This document shows positions 30,030 to 38,782 of a stretch of DNA of 64,000 bases, piece after piece. Made by a program: the position numbers and the translations under genes. Every line of letters starts with the position of its first letter. Position 1 is the first letter of the stretch. The notes under the pieces are model-generated. The model saw only the letters and a list, made by a program, of their open reading frames with translations, searched no databases and was not told the DNA's origin. This stretch comes from Candidatus Woesearchaeota archaeon (lineage in GTDB: Archaea > Nanobdellota > Nanobdellia > Pacearchaeales > GW2011-AR1). The stretch spans positions 18,523 through 82,522 of the forward strand of contig CAZETU010000001.1 in the NCBI GenBank assembly GCA_964514585.1, read 5' to 3'.

Positions 30030-31070
30030 CTAAACATCAATGTCTCGAAGACCGCTAGTCTCAATCATAAAAACAGTCTCATTGTCAGGCAAATCTGGAC
30101 TATCAATTAATTTACAAACCCTAGAATCCTTCTTCCCTCGTCGCAAATACATTCTATAAGTACAAGCGTGTCCAACAATATTTCCACCAATCGCTTTAGT
30201 CGGATCCCCAAACAATTGGGCCGGGTCTGACATAACCTGATTCGTCACATAAATCGCAACATTATTCTGTTCAGCAAGTTTCATCATATTATGTAAATAT
30301 CTATTCAACCTCTGTTGCCTATCTGCTAATTGGCCCCTACCACTATACTCCGCCCTAAAATGAGCAGTCAAAGAATCAATAATCATCAACCGAATCGGCT
30401 CACCATTCTTAATCAATTCAGCAACTCTATCCAAAAGCAACATCTGATGATCTGAATTAAAAGCCCGAGCAACTAAAATATTTTTCAAAACCTTATCCCC
30501 ATTCGCACCAATACCCTCGGCAAATTGTCTAACTCTCTCTGGCCTAAAAGTTCCTTCTGTGTCGATATAAACTGCCTTACCGTTCGCTCCCCCCTGCTCT
30601 ATGGGGAGCTGAACGCCGACAGCCAAAGACAAAGCAAGCTGAGTCTTCCCAGAACCAAAAGCGCCAAACGCCTCGGTTATCGACTTCGTCTCAATCCCTT
30701 TTCCGCCCAGAAGGTTATCTAAATTTTTAGAACCAGTAGTAATATGAAATAACTCTTTCCTCTTCTCCTCATGCGCCAAACCATCACTAAAACCCAAGTC
30801 CATCATCTGACGAGAAGCCTGAATCGCCTTCCTAGCAACAGCTTCGCTCATCCCAGAAGTTTCACTCAACTGAGCAGGAGTCAAAACCGCAAGACCCATC
30901 AAATCATAAATCCCAGCAGCCTCTAATTTCGCAACAGCGCCAGGACCAACACCAGGCAAATCAATCAACTGAGCCCCTTTCTCCTCTTTCTTTTTAGCTG
31001 TCTTCTTAGCCTTCGGACTTTCCTCAACTTCCCCAGAAACAGCATCCTTAATATCGTCAACATCAGCCAT
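30030..31070 (-). CDS. radA: DNA repair and recombination protein RadA
   Basis: HhH LIDLPGVGP, GAFGSGKTQ, YIDTEGTFRPER, IIDSLTAHFRAEY.GRG.LA.RQQ, GGNIVGH. Confidence 0.97.
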   Translation of the reverse strand: MADVDDIKDAVSGEVEESPKAKKTAKKKEEKGAQLIDLPGVGPGAVAKLEAAGIYDLMGLAVLTPAQLSETSGMSEAVARKAIQASRQMMDLGFSDGLAHEEKRKELFHITTGSKNLDNLLGGKGIETKSITEAFGAFGSGKTQLALSLAVGVQLPIEQGGANGKAVYIDTEGTFRPERVRQFAEGIGANGDKVLKNILVARAFNSDHQMLLLDRVAELIKNGEPIRLMIIDSLTAHFRAEYSGRGQLADRQQRLNRYLHNMMKLAEQNNVAIYVTNQVMSDPAQLFGDPTKAIGGNIVGHACTYRMYLRRGKKDSRVCKLIDSPDLPDNETVFMIETSGLRDIDV

Positions 31071-31111
31071 GCAAAAGAAAAATCCCACTTCTTTATAAGC
31101 ATTTATGTGCT

Positions 31112-31573
31112 TCAAAATAAAGTATTAAAAATCAATTTCCCGACGACAAAAATGTTACCCAAAAGTAACAAAACAAAAATCACATCCTCCGCCCAAGAAC
31201 CACTCTTAAAGGGCCCCTTAATCTTCCAGCCCAAAGGCCAAAGCAACTTCACCCCAGACTTTGTCCAACAATCCAAAAACAAATGAGAAATATAGCCCAC
31301 AAAAAATCCAAAACCAGCCCACTGACTAACAGAAGCAACAACCAAGCTCAAAAACAGAGCAAAAATCAAACTATGAATTACTCCTCTATGCTTAGTAACC
31401 CACTGAAAAGGTCGAAGATACCACCTATTTCCCGCCCGACTAGTCTCAGCATCAATATCAACAAAAGCGGTCGCAAGCAAAACAAAAATCAAAACATAAA
31501 ACGGCATCTCAATAAAATAACTAAGTAAGAAATAAACCACCAGCGAAAAAAGAATGTGAGTTCGAAATAACAT
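31112..31573 (-). CDS. YdjM-like membrane-bound metal-dependent hydrolase
   Basis: RTH, DID, HRGVIHS, SHLFLD..T..G motifs. Confidence 0.85.
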   Translation of the reverse strand: MLFRTHILFSLVVYFLLSYFIEMPFYVLIFVLLATAFVDIDAETSRAGNRWYLRPFQWVTKHRGVIHSLIFALFLSLVVASVSQWAGFGFFVGYISHLFLDCWTKSGVKLLWPLGWKIKGPFKSGSWAEDVIFVLLLLGNIFVVGKLIFNTLF

Positions 31574-31597
31574 TAAGCAAGAACAAAAATAAGATAT

Positions 31598-32542
31598 TTA
31601 TTCCTTTGCTTCCAATTCAACAATCAAGGCCTCAACATCAACTTTCTCAACCCCAGAAGCAACAATTTCTAAATTATTAAAAAAACTATTCCTCTTAACA
31701 TTACCACTCAAATAAACCTCAGTCGCCAAAAAATCATTCCTAAACGCCAAAGCCTTGGCCTCATCTTTCAAATCCTCCTCAGGAACAACAGTATTAATCT
31801 GATCACTAAACATCACAACCCTCATTGTCTCAGTTCCATCATCCAAAACGAAATTCAAAATCGCCCTATCTTTCACAACAACAACCCCATGCTCAGCGCA
31901 CCTAAATTCCTCACCTTCCTTCATCGCTTTCTTATTACACTGCGGACAAACCTGATAAAACCGCGGCTGAAAAATCTGAACAACAACTCCCCGAATCTTA
32001 ACATTCTGACCCTGACGAACCTCATCTAAAGAAGCTTCAGAAACAGCAGCCTCAGTTTTCACATTCTCCATCACCACCCCACTTTTCTTAATCTCAGAAA
32101 ACCCTGACAAATGAATCTCAGAGTCCCGCGTAGACCCGCTCTTAATCTCAACAACATCTCCTTCTTTAATAGTGCCATTCTCAATCAAAGCAATATGATT
32201 AACATCCCACAAAACAACCCGAGTATTCCCAGTCTCATCCGCCAAAACAAAATTCGCAACCTTGCCCTCTCGCCCATTCTTAGAAAACTCCCGCACAGGA
32301 AACAACCTAATCACCTTCCCAATAATATTAACTTTCTTCATCCCAGCCATCAACTCACTAATCTTCAAATCCTGGTCCTCAAAATTAATCCCAAGCTCAG
32401 CTGCAATAATCTGCGCAGCACCCTCCTTAGAAATCAATCCAGACAACTTCGCCTTCTTAGCCTCAACACGACGCTCAACCTCTTCTTTATCAAGCTCCGA
32501 AGACTTAGCAATCCTCTCTATAAGCAGCTCATAATTTTGCAT
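31598..32542 (-). CDS. Replication protein A (OB-folds plus Zn ribbon)
   Basis: GLISKEGAAQII, DETGNTRVVLWD, CPQC...CAEH, LDDGTETMRVV. Confidence 0.88.
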   Translation of the reverse strand: MQNYELLIERIAKSSELDKEEVERRVEAKKAKLSGLISKEGAAQIIAAELGINFEDQDLKISELMAGMKKVNIIGKVIRLFPVREFSKNGREGKVANFVLADETGNTRVVLWDVNHIALIENGTIKEGDVVEIKSGSTRDSEIHLSGFSEIKKSGVVMENVKTEAAVSEASLDEVRQGQNVKIRGVVVQIFQPRFYQVCPQCNKKAMKEGEEFRCAEHGVVVVKDRAILNFVLDDGTETMRVVMFSDQINTVVPEEDLKDEAKALAFRNDFLATEVYLSGNVKRNSFFNNLEIVASGVEKVDVEALIVELEAKE

Positions 32543-32643
32543 AAATAAAAAACTCAACGACCCTATTTAAGTATTATTGGGATTTACTATCATTTCAAAC
32601 TACTACCCACAATCTTTATAAACCAAAAATCATCTCCATACCT

Positions 32644-32790
32644 ATGAAATGCATAAGTTGCGACAAAGAAACGGCAAAAAGCGTAAAATTGCCTTGCGCG
32701 AAATGCGGCAAAGAAATCCTTAGATGCGACAAATGCCGAAGTCTATCAATCGAATATAAATGTCCTAAGTGCGGATACGTAGGTCCATAA
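32644..32790 (+). CDS. Small Zn-finger protein (DUF1610-like, 48 aa; below the ORF cutoff)
   Basis: MKCISCDKE...PCAKCGKEILRCDKCRSLSIEYKCPKCGYVGP directly upstream of EF1b, the usual archaeal context. Confidence 0.88.
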   Translation: MKCISCDKETAKSVKLPCAKCGKEILRCDKCRSLSIEYKCPKCGYVGP

Positions 32791-32791
32791 G

Positions 32792-33067
32792 ATGGCAACA
32801 GCAGGAATCCAATTCAAAATAATGCCAGAAGGTCTTGATACAGATTTAGACGAACTCAAAACAAAAATCCAGACATCAGTAGAAACTTTCGAATCCGGAG
32901 TTTTCAACGACGCGAAAGAAGAACCAATCGCATTCGGACTCAAAGCATTAATAGTAACAATAGCACTTTCTGAAGACGAAGAATCCGACGCCGTAGAAAA
33001 AGCTCTAAACGAAATCGAAGGAATCTCATCTGTTGAGCTAATCGATTACCGAAGAGTCGTAGGTTAA
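32792..33067 (+). CDS. ef1b: Elongation factor 1-beta
   Basis: KIMPEGLDTDLDEL...EEPIAFGLKAL. Confidence 0.95.
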   Translation: MATAGIQFKIMPEGLDTDLDELKTKIQTSVETFESGVFNDAKEEPIAFGLKALIVTIALSEDEESDAVEKALNEIEGISSVELIDYRRVVG

Positions 33068-33090
33068 ATCCTAAAAATAATTCTAAAACA

Positions 33091-33272
33091 ATGAAAAAAT
33101 TTTACAACATCTTGCTAGTGTATATCGTCCATCAAACACAGACGAAAACAGAGCAAGAAAAGAAACAGACAGGACAACAAGAGAAGAAGTAGCAATATAT
33201 AGGGGATGGGCATTAAGAAACATAAAACTTCAGCAATACAGACCCAGAAGAGATTACAGATCAGCCAGTTAA
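33091..33272 (+). pseudogene. Small ORF interrupted by a -1 frameshift in an A6 run
   Basis: ATG AAA AAA then protein-like -1 frame ILQHLASVYRPSNTDENRARKETDRTTREEVAIYRGWALRNIKLQQYRPRRDYRSAS* with no start of its own. Confidence 0.35.
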
Positions 33273-33302
33273 ATTTATAATTAACAAACCACTCATTTAA
33301 CC

Positions 33303-33893
33303 ATGCCACTAACACAAGAAGAAACCCAAAAAATAAAAGAACACCTCCTAAAACAATTAGGAAACTTCCCAGAAGACAAAAGAACGCAAATAGAAGAACA
33401 GGTCAAATCCATGACAAACAAACAAGTTGAAAGCTTCGTCGAACAAAACAAGCTAACACATCTCGGTGGACAATGCATTTTCTGTTCAATCATTTCAGGA
33501 GAAATGCCTTCTTATAAAATCGCAGAAAGCGACCACGACATAGCAATTCTCGAAATAAACCCAATAAGCAAAGGACACGCTCTAATAGTCCCAAAAGAAC
33601 ACTCTCAAGAAATTCAAGAATCAACAAAAGCCCTCGCAACACAAATTTCAAACAAACTCAAAGAAAAATTTAGCCCAAAAGAAATACAAGTAAACCAAAT
33701 TAGCATAATGGATCACGCAATGCTCGAAGTCATCCCAATCTACGGTGACGAGACAGAAAGAAAGAAAGCTTCCGAAGAAGAACTACAAGAACTACAAAAA
33801 GAAATAACAAAACCAAAAGAAGAAATTATAATAAAAGAAGAACCAAAAGAACCAGAAATAGAACTCCCAAGACTTCCGCCAAGAATTCCTTAA
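33303..33893 (+). CDS. HIT-family protein with degenerate histidine triad
   Basis: CIFCSII, EINPISKGHALIVPKEH; triad position reads DHAMLEVIP. Confidence 0.82.
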   Translation: MPLTQEETQKIKEHLLKQLGNFPEDKRTQIEEQVKSMTNKQVESFVEQNKLTHLGGQCIFCSIISGEMPSYKIAESDHDIAILEINPISKGHALIVPKEHSQEIQESTKALATQISNKLKEKFSPKEIQVNQISIMDHAMLEVIPIYGDETERKKASEEELQELQKEITKPKEEIIIKEEPKEPEIELPRLPPRIP

Positions 33894-35035
33894 TCTCTAT
33901 ACTGTGCCTCATAAATTCCAAGCACTTCCTCGGCCGACAAGCTTCGATTAAAAACCATCAAATCGTCAATAGATCCATTAAAAAACCTCTGAGGAATCCC
34001 CACGTCATCAAACTGCCCTCCAATATAAACAGGATTGTCCATAAGAGCAACAGGACCACTACCTAAAGTCAAATTATCCAGAGTGCCGTTCACATATAAA
34101 AGATAATGCGTTTCGTTAAAAACCCCAACAAGATGATACCATGTATTATAGTCTTGAGTGGTCCAATTTCTTGAAGAAAGAACCTCGTGATTTGTTGCAT
34201 TTATCCAAACTCCGAAATTCACCTTTTCTTTATGGAATCTTAAAAAGGGTTGTGAGTTTTGATTAACATTATCCCAACTTGATCCAAAAACAGCATTCCA
34301 ATTATTATAATTTAAAGAACTTATTTTGGTCCAAACAGAAAAACTAAAAGAATTATTATTAACAAAACCATAGAGTTCTTTGTTAGATAAATTTGCATAA
34401 TCACCATCGCCATCTAAATTTAAACTGCCATTCACAATAGATGCATTCCCTTCCAAAACACCGTCGCCATAATCCCAACCATCTGCAGAGTCACCACTAA
34501 AAGTCCAAATAGAAATCAAATCATCGATAGGAATTTCCATAAAAGAATCTACCTCCATCCCATAGACAACCCCGTCAACACTAGACATAGAATTTTTGGG
34601 CATCTTAATATCGGCAGCGATATCTCCTTCTTTCTCAGTCCCCCTAGAAGAAACAAAAATCGGAACGATATTGACACTATCTGATTCTCCATATCCCGAT
34701 AAATCAAAAGTATAAACTTTAGTCTGCCCCGACGCAGGAGCTATTAAATTAGTACTAAAAGTATTTCCCCCAATCAAAAAAGAAATTTTAATTCTATCTA
34801 TATTCATCTCATCAGGCCTCCTTCTGACCTGAACCATAGCAATATTTCTAAAAGAATCATAAGAAGTATATCCCTCCGAAGTCACGATCATAATACTCAC
34901 CTCTAAATTTCTAAACTCTAGGCTATCATAAACCATCGGTATAATCATCATCCATAAAATAGTGATGGCCGCAATAGTAATTAAAATTATCAAAACCGTA
35001 GCAACAATCGCCGATATACCCTTTTTTAACATCAA
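33890..35035 (-). CDS. Pilin-leader protein with shared N-domain plus LamG (no catalytic C-domain)
   Basis: LKKG/ISAIVATVLIILITIAAITILW; LNLDGDGDY...WYHLVGV...FNGSIDDLMVFNRSLS. Confidence 0.87.
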   Translation of the reverse strand: MMLKKGISAIVATVLIILITIAAITILWMMIIPMVYDSLEFRNLEVSIMIVTSEGYTSYDSFRNIAMVQVRRRPDEMNIDRIKISFLIGGNTFSTNLIAPASGQTKVYTFDLSGYGESDSVNIVPIFVSSRGTEKEGDIAADIKMPKNSMSSVDGVVYGMEVDSFMEIPIDDLISIWTFSGDSADGWDYGDGVLEGNASIVNGSLNLDGDGDYANLSNKELYGFVNNNSFSFSVWTKISSLNYNNWNAVFGSSWDNVNQNSQPFLRFHKEKVNFGVWINATNHEVLSSRNWTTQDYNTWYHLVGVFNETHYLLYVNGTLDNLTLGSGPVALMDNPVYIGGQFDDVGIPQRFFNGSIDDLMVFNRSLSAEEVLGIYEAQYRD

Positions 35036-35062
35036 CAGAAAAGGAAAATATATTATTTAAAA

Positions 35063-35890
35063 TTAAGTCAACCCCATTAAAACACCAATAAGCCAATCTG
35101 TAAAAAACATATACAAAGCAAAGGCAATCAAAAACGCTGGAACAAAGGGCAGCCCATCTTTTATCTTAACCTTCTTCCTAGACTTCAACAACTTAATGCT
35201 CTCCGCGCTCAAACCATCCCAATCCGCCTTAATCGTTTTCTTTCCAACCTTAATATCATCAACAAGCCAATCCCCCTCGCGAAGCTCCTTTCCAGAAATA
35301 ACCTTAATCATCGAAACATTTTCCAACCCCTTAGTAAAAACAAACAAAACAGGCAAAACAAAAGAAAATCCAGCAAACAAAAGAAAAAATAAATTATAAT
35401 AACTAAAAACTAAAAACAATAACCCGATAAAAACGGGATACCTAATCCACCACTCACGAAAACCCTTCCTAATTTCCCTATTCACTTTTTTATAATTTCT
35501 AAAATACAATATGAAAGAATAAAACAATCCATAAAAAGAACCGGCAACCATCAAAAACAAAAGAAAGACTCCAATATTAATCAACGTCTTAAAAAAATCA
35601 ACCCCGATAAAAAATGCCGTCATAGCAAATAACAAATTAGCATCACCCCCAGCAAAAACCCGACCATAATAAAAAACATTCATAAAAACAAACATCACGA
35701 CCAAAGCAAACCCAGCCTGAAAAACAATTCCTGCATTCTCCTCAAAAATAGCTCGATAAAAAATATAAGAAAAACTAATCAATAACAAAAACAGCGTCAA
35801 CCAATAATCAACCTCACGCCTCTTCAAATCCTGCAAACATGCAACAATAATCCCAATTAAAAACACCCAAGCAATAAAACCAAATATCAT
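35063..35890 (-). CDS. Prepilin/class III signal peptidase (A24 family)
   Basis: LQDLKRREV and AGGDANL catalytic Asp motifs; C-terminal GLPFVPAFL. Confidence 0.93.
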   Translation of the reverse strand: MIFGFIAWVFLIGIIVACLQDLKRREVDYWLTLFLLLISFSYIFYRAIFEENAGIVFQAGFALVVMFVFMNVFYYGRVFAGGDANLLFAMTAFFIGVDFFKTLINIGVFLLFLMVAGSFYGLFYSFILYFRNYKKVNREIRKGFREWWIRYPVFIGLLFLVFSYYNLFFLLFAGFSFVLPVLFVFTKGLENVSMIKVISGKELREGDWLVDDIKVGKKTIKADWDGLSAESIKLLKSRKKVKIKDGLPFVPAFLIAFALYMFFTDWLIGVLMGLT

Positions 35891-36051
35891 TTCTTCTTTC
35901 CCCTTTTTCCTTTCTTAACAACCTTCTCATCTTCACCCTTATCTTCTATCTCATGCGTTCTAAACTGACCCCCTCGCTTATAGCCCCGAGCAAGCCGCTT
36001 CCGCTTCAAATCCTTCTTCGTTCTTCTACGATCATTACCACCATAATCCAT
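35887..36051 (-). CDS. 54-aa highly basic protein (not in ORF track)
   Basis: MDYGGNDRRRTKKDLKRKRLARGYKRGGQFRTHEIEDKGEDEKVVKKGKRGKKK; TAATG overlap with the upstream gene and ATGA overlap with the peptidase. Confidence 0.7.
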   Translation of the reverse strand: MDYGGNDRRRTKKDLKRKRLARGYKRGGQFRTHEIEDKGEDEKVVKKGKRGKKK

Positions 36052-36611
36052 TATTCTATCGCCTCCACATCAAACTCACCGTTAATAAAACTTATTAAAT
36101 ATTTCCGACCAAACTCAAAACTAAAATCAACAGGAAAATTTATTTTAGTTCTATCATCCCCCTTCAAATAAATACTCTTCCCAACTTTCGCCCTCGAAAA
36201 AACAAAATAATCACCATCACAATCCTCAACCACAGGATAAACTACCTCGACAAAAAAATCCTCATTCTTATGTTCATCTAAAACATCAACACCACCCAAA
36301 GTTAAATCGCTAAAAATAAAATCTTTCATCTCAACACTAATCCCTTCCAAAAATTTCTCCCTAAATGAAACCAAAAATTCCTCACTACAAAATTCGTCCT
36401 CAATACCAACCAAAGATTCCTCAATCAACTCCTTTTCCTGCATTTCAAACTTCTCCAGATTATCCCTAACTTCCAAAACAACCTTCGGAGAAACCAAAGA
36501 ATTCTCAGCATTATCTTGTTGTTTCCCATAAAGCAAGATCACACTCAAACACAAGAACACAGTAATAACAACCAAAAATAAGCCAAAAAACTGGCCTCTT
36601 TTATTCCTCAT
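36051..36611 (-). CDS. Pilin-like protein
   Basis: MRNKRG/QFFGLFLVVITVFL. Confidence 0.8.
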   Translation of the reverse strand: MRNKRGQFFGLFLVVITVFLCLSVILLYGKQQDNAENSLVSPKVVLEVRDNLEKFEMQEKELIEESLVGIEDEFCSEEFLVSFREKFLEGISVEMKDFIFSDLTLGGVDVLDEHKNEDFFVEVVYPVVEDCDGDYFVFSRAKVGKSIYLKGDDRTKINFPVDFSFEFGRKYLISFINGEFDVEAIE

Positions 36612-36882
36612 AATAAACCTCCATCTTCGCCTCATCATAACTCATGCCACTCTCAACAAAAAACCGCAATTCAACCAACTTATGATAAACATTCATATAA
36701 CTAATCACACTACTAAGCCCAACATCGCTCTCATTCAAAACTCTAAGTCCAGCACTTGCGCCATCTATCCCCTTAACAATGCCAGAACCCAAAACAAAAA
36801 TCGCCAAAATCAAAACAATAACTATAGTAGCCACAAACATCAAAACCGTCCCTCCAAGAATTCCTCCCCTCTTAGAATTCAT
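36601..36882 (-). CDS. Pilin-like protein
   Basis: MNSKRG/GILGGTVLMFVATIVIVLIL. Confidence 0.78.
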   Translation of the reverse strand: MNSKRGGILGGTVLMFVATIVIVLILAIFVLGSGIVKGIDGASAGLRVLNESDVGLSSVISYMNVYHKLVELRFFVESGMSYDEAKMEVYYEE

Positions 36883-37378
36883 CGCCAACAAAGACCTCCA
36901 CTCTAATATTCCCCTCAACTTTCTCACCTTCACTTAAAATATACGTCGGATAAACTTCATCAAAATACCCAGGCTTATATTTCCCCAAATCCCCTTCAAA
37001 AAATTTCTCATCAGCAATCTGCAAAACCCAAAGAGCCCCTCTATCTCCTTGAGAAAATTTCGCGACTTCCTTTTCCGAATCACTAACCAAAACCTCGACA
37101 TAAAATCTCTCAACTTCACTTTCATCAAACCCACAATAAGAAAGAATCTTATTCTCGTCTCCCTCAACAAAATAACTCATATCTAAAAAACCCGAAGGAG
37201 AAACACAGTCCACCACATCTCTAGCCAAAATCCTAGCCTCAGCATTCCGAACATCAATATAATGCGAATAAAAAACCGAAGAAACACCTAAAATAACAAA
37301 CGCAACAAAACTAATAACCAAAAGCCGATAAATCATTATTATCCCCTCTCCAATAATTCCCTTTTTTTCAAATCTCAT
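36872..37378 (-). CDS. Pilin-like protein
   Basis: MRFEKKG/IIGEGIIMIYRLLVISFVAFVIL. Confidence 0.8.
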   Translation of the reverse strand: MRFEKKGIIGEGIIMIYRLLVISFVAFVILGVSSVFYSHYIDVRNAEARILARDVVDCVSPSGFLDMSYFVEGDENKILSYCGFDESEVERFYVEVLVSDSEKEVAKFSQGDRGALWVLQIADEKFFEGDLGKYKPGYFDEVYPTYILSEGEKVEGNIRVEVFVGDEF

Positions 37379-37734
37379 TCAACAACAACCACAAATTTAT
37401 TTTCCTCTTCAGCAACGCTAACGCTATACCTAGAAAAATAAGGATATCCCTTGAATGAACCAAGTCCAGCAACACCAACAAAAACTTTACCATCCCTCAA
37501 CTCAAGCGCCTGAATAACGCCATTAGGATTATTTTTTCTAATTTCAAAACTCATCCCCGGGACAGCAGAATCAATCAACAACGCAATTTCCTTTTCCAAA
37601 ACCTGTTGTCTTACACCACGCGCATTAACCTTCCCCGCAGTCGCCAACAAAAAAATCGCAAACACTATACCTACTAAAATCAACTGAATAATTATCTGGT
37701 TCAAAATCCCCCCTTGCTTATTTAATCTTCTCAT
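37375..37734 (-). CDS. Pilin-like protein
   Basis: MRRLNKQG/GILNQIIIQLILVGIVFAIFLL. Confidence 0.78.
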   Translation of the reverse strand: MRRLNKQGGILNQIIIQLILVGIVFAIFLLATAGKVNARGVRQQVLEKEIALLIDSAVPGMSFEIRKNNPNGVIQALELRDGKVFVGVAGLGSFKGYPYFSRYSVSVAEEENKFVVVVE

Positions 37735-37735
37735 C

Positions 37736-38602
37736 TTAAGCCGGTATCGTCAAAAATTTACATCCAAGAGAATCCAAAGAATCTGGATAAGCAATAACAA
37801 TTGATCTCTCCAGCCCAAAGGCTTCAATAAAATTCTCTTTAGCCGACTCCCCTAATTCTTCATCTCCAGTTAAATAACTGGCAATAAACTTAGACCAACC
37901 AGCAACATCAAGCCACTGCCTAGAAGTCCAACCGAAAAACCCCTGTTTCTTCTTATGCATTGTATAAACAAGAATCTGGTCTTCCTCTTGAGGATAGAAT
38001 TTAACATTAAGTGGCACAAAAGCAAACCCCAAATTTTCTTCCAAAGACACAATCATTGGCAAATAATCATCATAAGTCAAAGAATCTCTCGCCATTTTTG
38101 TATTCTCATAATAATTATAAAACCCAAGATTATACCTTCCCTTCTTCGTCCATCCAGACTCTCCATCGCCCATCGCCTCATTAAATTCGTTTAAAGCTTT
38201 ATCAGTATAATGAATTCTAGCAAAGGCCATACATACAACATCTTCCTCTAAAAAACTTGGTCCCACAAAATTAAACTTACCCTCACCAAACATATACCAC
38301 CCCCCAACAATAGCTCTAGAAATCTTCTCATAAACCTCATCTTGATCCGCAGTATCAATTGTAATCACCTCTGTTCTACATCTCAAAGGAGAAGAGCTTC
38401 GAACGTCCAAACCCAATCCATCCAATTTTTCACTAGATAACGTCGACCTCAACAAAATACTCTGTCGACATGCATGCCAATCCAATTCATCCTCAGTAAA
38501 ATACTCATTAAAAATAAAAAACAACGAAATCGCCAAAACCGCCAACCCCAAAATCAACGACATAATAATATAATATTTCTGATCACCCTTCTTATTCACC
38601 AT
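37736..38602 (-). CDS. Pilin-like protein with Cys-containing globular domain
   Basis: MVNKKG/DQKYYIIMSLILGLAVLAISLFF. Confidence 0.8.
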   Translation of the reverse strand: MVNKKGDQKYYIIMSLILGLAVLAISLFFIFNEYFTEDELDWHACRQSILLRSTLSSEKLDGLGLDVRSSSPLRCRTEVITIDTADQDEVYEKISRAIVGGWYMFGEGKFNFVGPSFLEEDVVCMAFARIHYTDKALNEFNEAMGDGESGWTKKGRYNLGFYNYYENTKMARDSLTYDDYLPMIVSLEENLGFAFVPLNVKFYPQEEDQILVYTMHKKKQGFFGWTSRQWLDVAGWSKFIASYLTGDEELGESAKENFIEAFGLERSIVIAYPDSLDSLGCKFLTIPA

Positions 38603-38637
38603 AGAAAACAAACTCAAATTAACTTAATAAAATTAAC

Positions 38638-38748
38638 CTATCCACTAAACTTCCCAATAATCATTCTAACCGCAAGACCAGCCACAATCAAAATCGCCAA
38701 AGCAATTACCCACTTTATCACCTGATCAGTCGCCTGCCCCTTCTTCAT
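38638..38748 (-). CDS. Minimal 36-aa pilin-like peptide (not in ORF track)
   Basis: MKKG/QATDQVIKWVIALAILIVAGLAVRMIIGKFSG*. Confidence 0.8.
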   Translation of the reverse strand: MKKGQATDQVIKWVIALAILIVAGLAVRMIIGKFSG

Positions 38749-38782
38749 AAAAAACAAAACCACCCTCACTTAATAATCCTTT

